DNA of 64,000 nucleotides from Gammaproteobacteria bacterium. Lineage in GTDB: Bacteria > Pseudomonadota > Gammaproteobacteria > JBCCGL01. Numbering within the stretch: position 1 is the stretch's first letter; every line of letters begins with the position of its first letter. The stretch spans positions 352,001 through 416,000 of the forward strand of contig OZ255836.1 in the NCBI GenBank assembly GCA_965277715.1. The letters are read 5' to 3'. Both the position numbers and the translations under genes were made by a program. Below the pieces are notes generated by a model, which had not been told where the DNA came from, searched no databases, and saw nothing but the letters and a program-made list of their open reading frames with translations. Positions 35,547-45,500 of this stretch are shown here, one piece after another.

Positions 35547-37097
35547 CTAATAATAGGCCCTGTCCGGCATACTGGCTTTTCGCTCAGCGATATAGGCTTG
35601 TAATGCTTCGTCAATCGCTGGGTCCAGCCCTGGGTCCTGGTATTGTTCAAGCTGCCGTTTCCACTGAGTATTAGCGCGGGTGGCGGCATCCTTGCTCCCC
35701 TCCGCAACCCACTGTTCGTAGGCGTTGCTATCGCTGGATTCTGACGAGTAGAAGGCACTGAGAAAGTTGTTCTGGGTGTGCGCGCTGGAGAGAAAGTGCG
35801 CACCAGGCCCCACTTCGCGAATAGCATCCATCGCCAGCGCATTGGTCGATAAGTCGACTCCGGCAAAGAAACTGGCCACTTTGCCACATAGGTCGGCATC
35901 GATCAGGGTCTTTTCAAAGCTGGTTACCAACCCACCCTCTAACCAACCGGTCGCATGGTTAATCACGTTGGCCCCGGCCAACATCGACATCAACAGTCCC
36001 CAGGTGGCTTCTTGCTCCGATTGCGCATCGGGGACTTTTGAAGAAGACAAGGTGCCCACTGTGTGCAGCGGGACACCGAGTCGCCGCGCCAACTGACCAG
36101 AGGCCAATACCATTTTCCCCGCCTCCGGTGTGCCGAATGTGGGGGCGCCGCTTTGCATCGAAATAGTGCTGGCGAAGCTACCCATTAAACACGGCGCGCC
36201 GGGGTTTATCAGTTGTACTAATGCCAGGCAGGCGAGTGCCTCGGCCAATACCTGGGTGAGGGTGCCCGCGACTGTACACGGGCTCATCGCCCCGGCCAGT
36301 GTCCAGGGTGTGCAGGCCACCGGTTGGTTATTGCGGGCATAGGTTTTCAGCGCCCCGGACATGTTTGCATCCAGCACCAGCGGTGCATTGGTGTTACTGA
36401 CACAGTAGAGCACCGGGTTATCGCGCACAAAGTGTTCGCCAAAAACTATCCTGGCCATGTTCACCGAATCCTGGGCGCGCTCGGCGCCGATCAAGGCACC
36501 AAAACAGGCCCTGTCTGAATAGCGGAAATGGGTGTACAGCATATCCAGATGGCGCTTATTGGCCGGTAGGTCGACCGGCTCGCAGACCACCCCACCGGAG
36601 TGGTGCAAATAGGGAATGGTGTGGTGCAACTTGACCAGTGTGCGAAAATCATCCAGCGTGCCGTAGCGCCGCCCCCTATCCAGATCAGAGACAAAAGGCG
36701 GCCCCCACGAAGGGCACAGCACCGTGTTGTCACCACCGATAATCACCGTATTGTCTGGGTTGCGTGCGTGTTGTTTAAATTGCCGGGGGGCGGTTTTCTG
36801 CACAATGGCGCGGCACATGCCAGGTTCGAAGCGCACGCGGGTGTTTTGTACATCGGCGCCAGCCTGATGAAACAGGTGCAGAATTTCAGGGTCGTCGTGA
36901 AACTCCATGCCGGTTTCCTGTAACAGCCTATCGGCATTGTGTTCGATCAATGCCAGGCCCTCTTCGTCGAGTACATTGAAGGTGCCGAGTTTGCGCTGGA
37001 TATAGGGCGAGCGAACAGCGCTGGATGTAGCGCGCTCGACTTGTTTTTGGCTGCGCCCGCCCGCCCGTCGCTTGCGCGGTTTAAGCTGTTTAGACAT
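35547..37097 (-). CDS. Trimethylamine methyltransferase (MttB) family protein, no pyrrolysine codon
   Basis: L.ETGMEF, GPPFV.D...GRRYGT, CEPVDLP, GAMSP.T.AG, SGAPTFGTPE and GWLEGGL..SFEK; uninterrupted ORF. Confidence 0.88.
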   Translation of the reverse strand: MSKQLKPRKRRAGGRSQKQVERATSSAVRSPYIQRKLGTFNVLDEEGLALIEHNADRLLQETGMEFHDDPEILHLFHQAGADVQNTRVRFEPGMCRAIVQKTAPRQFKQHARNPDNTVIIGGDNTVLCPSWGPPFVSDLDRGRRYGTLDDFRTLVKLHHTIPYLHHSGGVVCEPVDLPANKRHLDMLYTHFRYSDRACFGALIGAERAQDSVNMARIVFGEHFVRDNPVLYCVSNTNAPLVLDANMSGALKTYARNNQPVACTPWTLAGAMSPCTVAGTLTQVLAEALACLALVQLINPGAPCLMGSFASTISMQSGAPTFGTPEAGKMVLASGQLARRLGVPLHTVGTLSSSKVPDAQSEQEATWGLLMSMLAGANVINHATGWLEGGLVTSFEKTLIDADLCGKVASFFAGVDLSTNALAMDAIREVGPGAHFLSSAHTQNNFLSAFYSSESSDSNAYEQWVAEGSKDAATRANTQWKRQLEQYQDPGLDPAIDEALQAYIAERKASMPDRAYY

Positions 37098-37102
37098 AGT
37101 GT

Positions 37103-39595
37103 TTAACCTCGCATACGCGTCCCATCGGGATCATAAGCCGCTTGTGCCAAAGGCTGTAGCGGGTAGCGTTTACCGGCGACAGCGATCTCATAGTGTTTAC
37201 CGAGTAAGTGTTGTTTGGAGGTGCTAGGCTCACAGGCGATATACGCCATGCACAGGGTCTTGCCCGTGCGAAAACCGCGCCCGCCGGAAGTGGTGTGGCC
37301 AAGTAATTGGCCGTCGCTGTAGATAGGCTCGTCGTGCAACAGTATGGGAGGGTGTGCGGTGTCTATCGCAAACGACAATAAACGTTGGCCAGGGCAGTTT
37401 TTACGCTGTTCCAGCAGTGCCGCCTGGCCGCTGAATTCATCGGGCTTATCCCACGCCACGGCAAAATCCAGCCCGGCCTCCAGCGGGGTCTCCCGTGGGC
37501 CTATATCGTGCCCCCAGTGGCAAAACCCCTTCTCAATACGGCAGGCATCCAGGGCCAGGTGGCCTGCGTGCAACAAGTCAAACTGCCTGCCTGCATCAAT
37601 AATCGCGTGGTATACCGTCAATGCCCACTCGGTGGGAATGTAAAGCTCCCAGCCCAGTTCACCGCTAAAACTGACCCGCATAGCGCGCACTATGGCATTG
37701 CCAATATCGATCAATTGGGTTGTGGCAAAAGGAAATGATGCCTTGGATAGGTCGACACTGCTCAAGGATTGTAACAACGCACGGGCGTGCGGGCCGACCA
37801 CTCCCAGCACCGCCTCAGTCGATGTGGCGTCAAACACACTGGCGTTGAATGGCCGTGTGTCGCGTTGCCGGTGTAACCACTGTTGATCGCGGTAACGGGT
37901 GGCCGCCCCGCTGATAACCCGAAACGTGGTTTCACCATGGCGGGCGATAGTGACATCGGCCTCTATACCGCCGTGGCGGTTGAGAAACTGGCCATAAACG
38001 GTTTGCCCGATGGCTATATCCACATCGTTTGCACACGTGTACTGCAACAAGGCCAGCGCATCATTGCCCGCTATATCGAGCTTAGTGAAAGGGGACAACT
38101 CCAACAGCGCGACGCGATCGCGCATTGCATCGCATTCCCGCTGTGCGGCAGGCCACCAGTTTTGTTCCTTATAACTGTAGTGAATAGTGTGTTCTGCAGG
38201 GGTTTTTGCAAACCACAGTGGGCGCTCCCACCCCGTTGGGGCGCCAAAAAAAGCCCCGTTATCACTCAGTACCTGGTGTAGGGTCGAGCGGCGCAGGTTG
38301 CGCCCGGCCAGCGCCTGCTGGTGTGGCCAATGCATGGCAAATACATCGGCAACGGCCTCTTGCATACGCGTCTTCAGGTAAACGGGGCTGGCGACATGGC
38401 GATCAAACCGCGCTATATCCACCGCCCACAAATCCATCGATGGTTCACCGTTCATTAGCCACTCGGCCATCACCCTGCCAACACCAGCCGATGACATCAT
38501 CCCGGTGGAATTCATCCCGGCGGCAACAAAGAAATGCTTTAGAAAAGGCGATTCGCCAAGCAATTGCCGCGAGTCCGGTGTAAAGCTTTCAGGCCCATTC
38601 ATAAAGTGCTGGATACCGGTATCGGCTAACACGGGCAGGCGTTCCAGTGCCGCCGTCATAAAGGGTTCAAACTGATCCCAATCTTCCGCCATCTCCAGAA
38701 AGGCGTGATTACCTTGTGGGCCGTTGGCGGGCCAGGGTTTTGCATTCGCTTCAAAACCGCCGATAAGCAACCTCCCCGCGTCACCTTTGATATACGTGCC
38801 GCGATCCAGGTCGCGCATAACCGGGTAGGGTGTTGGCAAACCTGTGACCGGCTCGGTGACCACATACATATGCTCGACAGCCTGCAAGGGAATAGGCACA
38901 CCTGCCAATACACCAATATGGTGCGCCCAGACACCGGCACAATTAATTAATTTATCGCAGCGAATCGTCTCACCGCCTGTCAACTGAACACTGTGCACTG
39001 CACCGTTTTGTGTATGAATAGCGGTAACGTCAGTGTGTTCGCGCAATTCGATACCATTACCCCGCGCCGATTTCGCATAGGCCATACAGATATCGACGGG
39101 GTTTGCCTGCGCATCGGTGGGTACATACAGCGCACCTGCAAGATCATCAGTGCGCAAATAGGGTTCCCGGATCGCCAGCTCAGTAGCACTGACAATTTCC
39201 GCTTCAATGCCCGTCATCTCACCTATCGCCGCCACACGGCGCAGTGCGTGCAAACGATCCTGAGTACGGGCTAACCAATACCCCCCCGTTTGCCGGTAGC
39301 CGGTTGACTGACCTGTTTCAACTTCAAGTTGCGGCAACAATTCACTGGCATAAGCGGCGATACGCGTCATATTCATACTCGCACGCAACGGGCCGACAAT
39401 CCCTGCTGCGTGCCATGAAGTGCCGCTGGTCAACTGATTCCGCTCCAGCAACAACACATCGTCGGCCCCCAGCTTACCGAGATGGTAGGCTACCGACAGG
39501 CCGATAACCCCACCACCGACAATGACTATCTTTCTCGATTCCCGATTTGCCACGAAACCTTGCTGCGCGTAAAAAGTAATACCGCTATTTTCCAC
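37103..39595 (-). CDS. Dimethylglycine/sarcosine dehydrogenase-like FAD oxidoreductase with GcvT domain
   Basis: VIVGGGVIG, LTSGTSWHAAG, NGPESFTPD, GWERP.WF, GELGWELY and RIEKG. Confidence 0.9.
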   Translation of the reverse strand: MENSGITFYAQQGFVANRESRKIVIVGGGVIGLSVAYHLGKLGADDVLLLERNQLTSGTSWHAAGIVGPLRASMNMTRIAAYASELLPQLEVETGQSTGYRQTGGYWLARTQDRLHALRRVAAIGEMTGIEAEIVSATELAIREPYLRTDDLAGALYVPTDAQANPVDICMAYAKSARGNGIELREHTDVTAIHTQNGAVHSVQLTGGETIRCDKLINCAGVWAHHIGVLAGVPIPLQAVEHMYVVTEPVTGLPTPYPVMRDLDRGTYIKGDAGRLLIGGFEANAKPWPANGPQGNHAFLEMAEDWDQFEPFMTAALERLPVLADTGIQHFMNGPESFTPDSRQLLGESPFLKHFFVAAGMNSTGMMSSAGVGRVMAEWLMNGEPSMDLWAVDIARFDRHVASPVYLKTRMQEAVADVFAMHWPHQQALAGRNLRRSTLHQVLSDNGAFFGAPTGWERPLWFAKTPAEHTIHYSYKEQNWWPAAQRECDAMRDRVALLELSPFTKLDIAGNDALALLQYTCANDVDIAIGQTVYGQFLNRHGGIEADVTIARHGETTFRVISGAATRYRDQQWLHRQRDTRPFNASVFDATSTEAVLGVVGPHARALLQSLSSVDLSKASFPFATTQLIDIGNAIVRAMRVSFSGELGWELYIPTEWALTVYHAIIDAGRQFDLLHAGHLALDACRIEKGFCHWGHDIGPRETPLEAGLDFAVAWDKPDEFSGQAALLEQRKNCPGQRLLSFAIDTAHPPILLHDEPIYSDGQLLGHTTSGGRGFRTGKTLCMAYIACEPSTSKQHLLGKHYEIAVAGKRYPLQPLAQAAYDPDGTRMRG

Positions 39596-39699
39596 GTGCC
39601 ACCTGCGTTTACAATGAAAATAAGAACAAAAATTTTGCTACACGAAGACACAACCCCCACACCACCAGCAACCTGCTTTCCACAGAAACAGTTGGCGTA

Positions 39700-39746
39700 C
39701 GACTGTATGGATACAGGAGCTAGAGCAACGCAGGAGCAGTTGCCGA
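39700..39746 (+). repeat. Short interspersed palindromic repeat (GACTGTATGGATACAGGAGCTAGAGCAACGCAGGAGCAGTTGCCGA)
   Basis: Two internal hairpins; partial inverted copy at 47930-47947. Resembles a repeat I recall from other marine Gammaproteobacteria (not verified). Confidence 0.55.
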
Positions 39747-39930
39747 CACCTGCATTGATTGGCTAGGTGTTACTTGCAGTGCGCCTAGAAAATGCCAATA
39801 AGAACACTGACTTTTAGCGCACTGGGTTTAAACACCACGAGCGAAACCCTATAGAAACTACGCCCCACCTTGAAACAAACTCCTCACCAATTCAGAATTG
39901 ACAGCGCATCAAAAAATAAATGAGAACCCC

Positions 39931-40440
39931 ATGCCTGAAATAACCAGCTACCGCTCACCAAAAATAGAGGTACGCAACACCAGCCTAAGTGGCCGGGGCG
40001 TATTTGCCCGCGAACCCATTTGTGCCAAAGAAATTATCGCAATCAAAGCAGGGCACATCGTCAACCGCGAACAAGTCGAGCGCATCACCCGTGAGATCGG
40101 TGACTACAGCCTACAAATTCACGATGACTTCTACCTAACCCCCATCAGCGAAGAAGAAGTCACGCAAACCACTATCTTTATCAACCACTCCTGCGATGCC
40201 AACGTCGGGTTTCGCGGCCAGGTCATCTATATCGCTATTCGCGACATCAATGCCGGTGAAGAGCTATGCCACGACTACGCAATGGCGCGCACCGACGGCT
40301 ATACCCTCGACTGTCACTGCGGCGCCGCCGACTGCCGTGGCACAGTGACCGGAAAAGATTGGCAGCGCCCCGATGTGCAGGCAAAATACGGCGAGTATTT
40401 CATCGATTATGTGCTCGAAAAAATCCGCTCAGGCATATAA
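39931..40440 (+). CDS. SET-domain protein with post-SET Zn motif
   Basis: GRGVFA, INHSCDAN, DI.AGEEL.HDY and CHCG..DCRG. Confidence 0.92.
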   Translation: MPEITSYRSPKIEVRNTSLSGRGVFAREPICAKEIIAIKAGHIVNREQVERITREIGDYSLQIHDDFYLTPISEEEVTQTTIFINHSCDANVGFRGQVIYIAIRDINAGEELCHDYAMARTDGYTLDCHCGAADCRGTVTGKDWQRPDVQAKYGEYFIDYVLEKIRSGI

Positions 40441-40547
40441 CCTCGCTGAAGGTAAGCTTATTGGGACATTTCAGCGCTAAACCCGCATAATTGACTATTT
40501 TACATTCACCGTCTATTTACACCTTTAAAAACAATAGGATTCAATCC

Positions 40548-41555
40548 ATGCATCTAGCACGCTTTAACAAAGTGACCCTGGGTCATTTTCCAACCCCGTT
40601 AGAACCCCTCGAAAACCTGACACGCTCGCTCGATGGCCCCAATATTTTCATTAAACGCGATGATTGCACCGGCCTGGCCAGTGGCGGTAACAAAACCCGT
40701 AAGCTCGAATTTTTGGTTGGTGAAGCGATTGCACAAGGTGCCGATACGCTGGTAACCCAGGGCGCCACACAGTCTAACCATGTGCGCCAAACGGCGGCGG
40801 CGGCGCGCCGGGTGGGAATGAAATGCCACGCTTTGCTGGAGCGCCGGGTAATAAACCAGGGTGACGATTATGAACGCGCTGGCAATGTGTTACTCGATGA
40901 CATTCTGCAATGCAGCTATGAGTTCCTTGACGAAGGCCCGGATATGAATGCCGAAGCCATTGCCTGTGGTGAAAAGCTGCGCGAACAAGGGGCTAAGCCC
41001 TACGTGATTCCCGGCGGTGGCTCCAACCCGATTGGTGCCTTGGGCTATGCTGCCTGTGCCGCTGAGCTGGTTGCCCAGGCCGATGCGCGTGGTTTGAAGA
41101 TTGACAAAATCGTCCAGGCGACAGGCAGCGCAGGCACCCAGGCCGGGTTGGTTGCCGGTCTGCACGCCATCAACGCCCCGATTGATGTCATTGGTGTTTC
41201 AGTGCGCGCACCGCGCCAGACACAAATCGACAATGTACACCGCCTGGCCTGCCTGACCTCTGAACTGCTTGGCGTCAAAACCCCACCTGAAAAATCCCTG
41301 TTTGAAGTCTACGATGGTTATGTGGGGGATGGCTACGGCCAGCCGACAGCGGGTATGGTCGAAGCGGTACAAATGTTCGCCCAACAGGATGCTATTTTGC
41401 TCGATCCGGTTTATTCCGGTAAAGGGGCCGCCGGTATGATCGACCTGATTCGCAAAGGCGTCCTTAAAAAGGGCGAGAACGTTGTCTTCCTGCACACAGG
41501 TGGCGCAGCCGCATTATTTGCCTATTCGGCACAGTTTTCTGCGAGTGGTATGTAA
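40548..41555 (+). CDS. PLP-dependent D-cysteine desulfhydrase / L-cysteate sulfo-lyase (CuyA-like)
   Basis: MHLARF..PTPLE, KRDDCTGL..GGNKTRKLEF, QGATQSNH, IPGGGSN, ATGSAGTQAG, LLDPVYSGK and FLHTGG. Confidence 0.88.
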   Translation: MHLARFNKVTLGHFPTPLEPLENLTRSLDGPNIFIKRDDCTGLASGGNKTRKLEFLVGEAIAQGADTLVTQGATQSNHVRQTAAAARRVGMKCHALLERRVINQGDDYERAGNVLLDDILQCSYEFLDEGPDMNAEAIACGEKLREQGAKPYVIPGGGSNPIGALGYAACAAELVAQADARGLKIDKIVQATGSAGTQAGLVAGLHAINAPIDVIGVSVRAPRQTQIDNVHRLACLTSELLGVKTPPEKSLFEVYDGYVGDGYGQPTAGMVEAVQMFAQQDAILLDPVYSGKGAAGMIDLIRKGVLKKGENVVFLHTGGAAALFAYSAQFSASGM

Positions 41556-41642
41556 CTGAACCCGTCAATATAAGGTAGACGGTGTACTAGTCACTGCAAT
41601 ATCCCTGAAAACAGTTTTACTACAGCTTTACTACGGTGTGTA

Positions 41643-41697
41643 TCTAAAAGTGCATTTTTAGACCTACACTGAATAAGCAGGTAAGCTACCTGCTTAT
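41643..41697. promoter_or_regulatory. Two dyad-symmetry elements upstream of the betaine-type ABC operon
   Basis: TCTAAAAGTGCATTTTTAGA (41643-41662) and ATAAGCAGGTA-AGC-TACCTGCTTAT (41673-41697). Confidence 0.5.
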
Positions 41698-41760
41698 CTT
41701 TCGAGTAAAAACAGTCGCGCAGTGCGACAACAACTTAAATCCTAACTAGGAGGAATAACT

Positions 41761-42726
41761 ATGCAACGTAGCCTAATCAGTACACTGTGTGCCGCGACAC
41801 TTGCGGTCAGTAGCTCAGCCGGTTTTGCCGCTGAGAAAATCAACATCGGCACCCCCAATTGGACGGGCGCCAAAGCTATCGCCAACCTGGTGAAAGTCAT
41901 TGTTGAAGAAAAAATTGGCGGTGAAGCCAACTTAGTACCCGGGTCCAATGCCACGATCTTTCAGGGTATGGACGCCGGTAAAGGTGATATCGATATGCAC
42001 CCCGATGTCTGGCTACCCAATCAACAAAACTTTACCAAAGAGTATGTCGATGAAAAAGGCACCGTAGTATTAAGCAGCAATCCCTATCAGGGTAAGCAGA
42101 ATTTCTGCGTATCCAAGCAGTTTTCTGAAGCCAACAATGTCACCTCCATATTTGACCTGGCACGCCCTGAAGTGGCCGCAAAAATGGACAGCGATGGCAA
42201 CGGTAAAGGTGAAATCTGGATCGGTGCGCCGGGTTGGGCGTCTGCCAACGTCAACGAAGTCAAAGTCCGTGACTACGGCTTGATGGCGTTTATGGAGCCA
42301 GTGCGTGCAGAGCAAAGCGTTATGGTCGCCACCGTTGGTGACTCCATCGCCAAAGACCGTGGCTATGCATTCTACTGCTACGCACCCCACGCCATTTGGT
42401 TTATGCACGATGTCGTTGCGCTGGAAGAACCCGCTTTTGACCCGGCCAAGTACACCATGATCCAGCCAAAGGAAGACCCGGATTGGTTTAACAAATCAAA
42501 CGTGGAAACCGAAGATGCGCTCAAGCAAATTCAGATTGCCTACTCAAAAACCCTGCCGGAGCGTTCGCCTGTGATCGCCGGTTTGCTGGCCAATATCAGC
42601 CTGACCACCGACGACGTCAGTGGCTGGGCATTTGAAATTGCAGGCAAAGGCCGCTCTGAAGCCGAGGTGCTGAAAGAGTGGGTCGCCAATAACGGTGCAC
42701 GAGTGGATAAATGGCTCGGCCTGTAA
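41761..42726 (+). CDS. Glycine betaine/proline-type ABC transporter substrate-binding protein
   Basis: Signal peptide, GDIDMHPDVWLPNQ, WIGAPGW and YAPH; first gene of a ProX/V/W-like set. Confidence 0.88.
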   Translation: MQRSLISTLCAATLAVSSSAGFAAEKINIGTPNWTGAKAIANLVKVIVEEKIGGEANLVPGSNATIFQGMDAGKGDIDMHPDVWLPNQQNFTKEYVDEKGTVVLSSNPYQGKQNFCVSKQFSEANNVTSIFDLARPEVAAKMDSDGNGKGEIWIGAPGWASANVNEVKVRDYGLMAFMEPVRAEQSVMVATVGDSIAKDRGYAFYCYAPHAIWFMHDVVALEEPAFDPAKYTMIQPKEDPDWFNKSNVETEDALKQIQIAYSKTLPERSPVIAGLLANISLTTDDVSGWAFEIAGKGRSEAEVLKEWVANNGARVDKWLGL

Positions 42727-42769
42727 TTTAATTATCTCTCCAGTTGGTCCACGAAAAGGGCCACGGCAC

Positions 42770-42792
42770 CCCCGCTGTACAATACAGCGGGG
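42770..42792. other. Intercistronic GC-rich hairpin (CCCCGCTGTA-CAA-TACAGCGGGG)
   Basis: Perfect stem between the binding-protein and ATPase genes; probably stabilises mRNA. Confidence 0.6.
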
Positions 42793-42872
42793 GTATTACC
42801 AGAAGAGAGCACCTCCTGAGTTAACAAACAAAACACCCCACGCTGAAACAGCGCTGTGCCTGAGGTTTTACT

Positions 42873-43958
42873 GTGAATAAGCAAAGTGACCAACCGGTTG
42901 CCGATAGTGCCTACGCGATAGAAATTGAGGGCGTGTGGAAAATATTTGGCGACCGTGCAAAACAGGCGCTCGATGATATAAAGACCAATCAGGTTTCCAA
43001 GAAAACGATACTGGAAAAATACAACTGCGTTATCGGTGTCGCCGACGCCAGCTTTCAGGTAAAGCGCGGCGAAATATTTTGTGTGATGGGTCTCTCGGGG
43101 AGTGGTAAGTCGACCCTGGTGCGCCATATCAATCGACTGCTCGAACCCACTGCCGGAACCATTCTTGTGAATGGCGTCGATGTTATGTCGATAGGGCAGG
43201 GGGATCTTCGCCGCTACCGCAATGAGCACATTGCCATGGTGTTTCAGAATTTTGCCCTGATGCCACACCGCAGTGTACTGGATAATGTTGCCATGCCGCT
43301 GGAAATTCGCGGGATGAACAAAAATAAACGCATGGAAATTGCCGAAAAAACCCTGGCGATGGTCGAGTTGAATGGGTGGGGTAATAAATTTGCACACGAA
43401 CTTTCAGGGGGGATGCAACAGCGCGTGGGTCTGGCCAGAGCCATCGCCGCTGACCCTGAAATTCTCTTGATGGACGAGCCGTTTAGCGCGCTCGACCCAT
43501 TGATTCGCCGCCAGCTACAGGGTGAGTTTATGCAGCTTGCCTCGATCATGAAAAAAACCACCGTATTTATCACCCACGACCTCGATGAAGCTGTGCGCAT
43601 CGGTGACAGGATTGCCATTATGCGCGATGGCCGCGTTGTACAGATCGGCACCCCGGAAGATATCGTCATGCACCCTGCCGATGATTACGTCGCCGATTTT
43701 GTCGCCGGTATTTCACGCCTTAAAGTCGTGCGCGCCCACGCCGTGATGCAAGCCATCGAAGACTATGAAAAACAACACGGCGCGGTGGATGGCAATGCCC
43801 CCGCCTTTAACAAAGACGCTAACCTGAGTATGTTAATCAACACCGCCATCGAATCGGAATCGGTACTTGTTATCACGGATGAAAACCAACAGCGGGTTGG
43901 CGTGGTGACCCGCACAGACCTGCTAAAAACCGTCATTGAAGGGACGGAAACATCATGA
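42873..43958 (+). CDS. Betaine/proline ABC transporter ATP-binding protein (ProV-like)
   Basis: MGLSGSGKSTL, LSGGMQQRVGLARA, DEPFSALDPLIR and a CBS-like tail. Confidence 0.93.
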   Translation: MNKQSDQPVADSAYAIEIEGVWKIFGDRAKQALDDIKTNQVSKKTILEKYNCVIGVADASFQVKRGEIFCVMGLSGSGKSTLVRHINRLLEPTAGTILVNGVDVMSIGQGDLRRYRNEHIAMVFQNFALMPHRSVLDNVAMPLEIRGMNKNKRMEIAEKTLAMVELNGWGNKFAHELSGGMQQRVGLARAIAADPEILLMDEPFSALDPLIRRQLQGEFMQLASIMKKTTVFITHDLDEAVRIGDRIAIMRDGRVVQIGTPEDIVMHPADDYVADFVAGISRLKVVRAHAVMQAIEDYEKQHGAVDGNAPAFNKDANLSMLINTAIESESVLVITDENQQRVGVVTRTDLLKTVIEGTETS

Positions 43959-45469
43959 ATACACCCACAACAGATGAAGCTGACACGCTGGAAACCAACC
44001 GCGATCTGGTCGATAAGTTTGTCGGCGTCAGCGCGCAATACTACGAACAGCAATTCGCCAAAATCGGTGCCACCTCGCACTTCACCTGGACATTTAATCT
44101 GATCGCTGCACTGCTTGGGCCTATATGGTACGGCGTTAGAGGTCTATGGAATTGGGGCTTACCTTTTGCCATCGTCGAGGCGTTTGCCTATGTGCAAATC
44201 GCCCGTGGTTTATGGGGTGATCTGGCCGCCGATGCCCGCTTGCGGATTGCGCAAATCGAAGGGACGCTGGAACTTCGCTACAAACAATTACAGGCCGCCA
44301 TTGATAACAACGCAAATAATATCGATGTGTTCAAACGCGCCGTGGAATCACTGGAAAATACCATGGATGGTTTTCGCGCTGAAATACAAACGGCTGAAGC
44401 CTCGTGGATCTGGGTTACCTTATCGGGCGTCGCCCTATTAATTTTTATCAAGGGCGTTCAAGGCGTGCTGGCCAACGTTACCCTGGAGCGGCGTTTCTCT
44501 GACTGGCTGTCAGACCGCTCTGTCAACTCGGGTTTGAGCTCCTCACGCACCGCATTGAGCATCGGGTTTATACTTTTTGTGTACACCATTAGCGTGATTC
44601 ACTTTGGCTTTCCCGGCACCCTGGATGTGGTGGCTGTATTTCCAACCGACCCGGATTATCGCTTAACCGCGATTGCCTGGATCAAGGCATTTTTTGAGTG
44701 GTCACGCATAAAAGGCGAGTGGGTATTCAACCTCATCACGTTTAACATTCGTTTTGTCCTGGATCATTTAGAGCTGGTGTTTGTTAAAACCCCCTGGCTG
44801 GTTATGGCCAGCTTTATTATCCTGTTGACTGGTTTATCGGCGGGCAGGCGCGCCGCCATTTTCTGTGCGGCCTGCCTTGCGTACATCGGGCTATTGGGGT
44901 TTTGGGAGAAGTCCATGACAACTCTGGCACTGCTGGGCACGGCGGCATTTATCAGTATTATTCTGGGTATTCCACTGGGCATGTTTTGTGCCCGCCGCCC
45001 GCGTTTTTATGCAGTCATCAGGCCCATTATGGACTTTATGCAAACCATGCCGGCGTTTGTGTTTATGATTCCCGTTATCGCCTTTTTTGGCACAGGTAAA
45101 CCGGCGGCGGTGATTATCACTATGATCTTTGGTGGCACCCCCGTGGTGCGCCTGACGGTACTGGGCTTGCTCGGTGTGCCGGAGACAGTGCGCGAGGCCG
45201 CCATTTCCTACGGGGCATCGAAGTGGTATTTGCTGTTTAAAGTCGACCTGCCACTGGCGGCGCCATCGATCCTGGCCGGTATTAACCAAACGATTATGTT
45301 GAGCCTGGCAATGGTGGTCGTGGCATCGCTGATCGGTGCCAAAGGTCTGGGTGAAGATGTACTGGAAGCCTTGCAATACGCCTCGGTAGGGCAGGGCATT
45401 CTCGCGGGGTTTGCGATATTGTTTTGCGCGTTGATACTAAACCGGGTGGTGCAGGGGGAGAGTAAGTAG
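43955..45469 (+). CDS. Betaine/proline ABC permease (ProW-like) with long N-terminal extension
   Basis: DFMQTMPAFV, EAA..YGA and GINQTIMLSL.MVV.ASLIG. Confidence 0.92.
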   Translation: MNTPTTDEADTLETNRDLVDKFVGVSAQYYEQQFAKIGATSHFTWTFNLIAALLGPIWYGVRGLWNWGLPFAIVEAFAYVQIARGLWGDLAADARLRIAQIEGTLELRYKQLQAAIDNNANNIDVFKRAVESLENTMDGFRAEIQTAEASWIWVTLSGVALLIFIKGVQGVLANVTLERRFSDWLSDRSVNSGLSSSRTALSIGFILFVYTISVIHFGFPGTLDVVAVFPTDPDYRLTAIAWIKAFFEWSRIKGEWVFNLITFNIRFVLDHLELVFVKTPWLVMASFIILLTGLSAGRRAAIFCAACLAYIGLLGFWEKSMTTLALLGTAAFISIILGIPLGMFCARRPRFYAVIRPIMDFMQTMPAFVFMIPVIAFFGTGKPAAVIITMIFGGTPVVRLTVLGLLGVPETVREAAISYGASKWYLLFKVDLPLAAPSILAGINQTIMLSLAMVVVASLIGAKGLGEDVLEALQYASVGQGILAGFAILFCALILNRVVQGESK

Positions 45470-45500
45470 CGTATTGGTTTATCTGGGGGCATAGCAGGCC

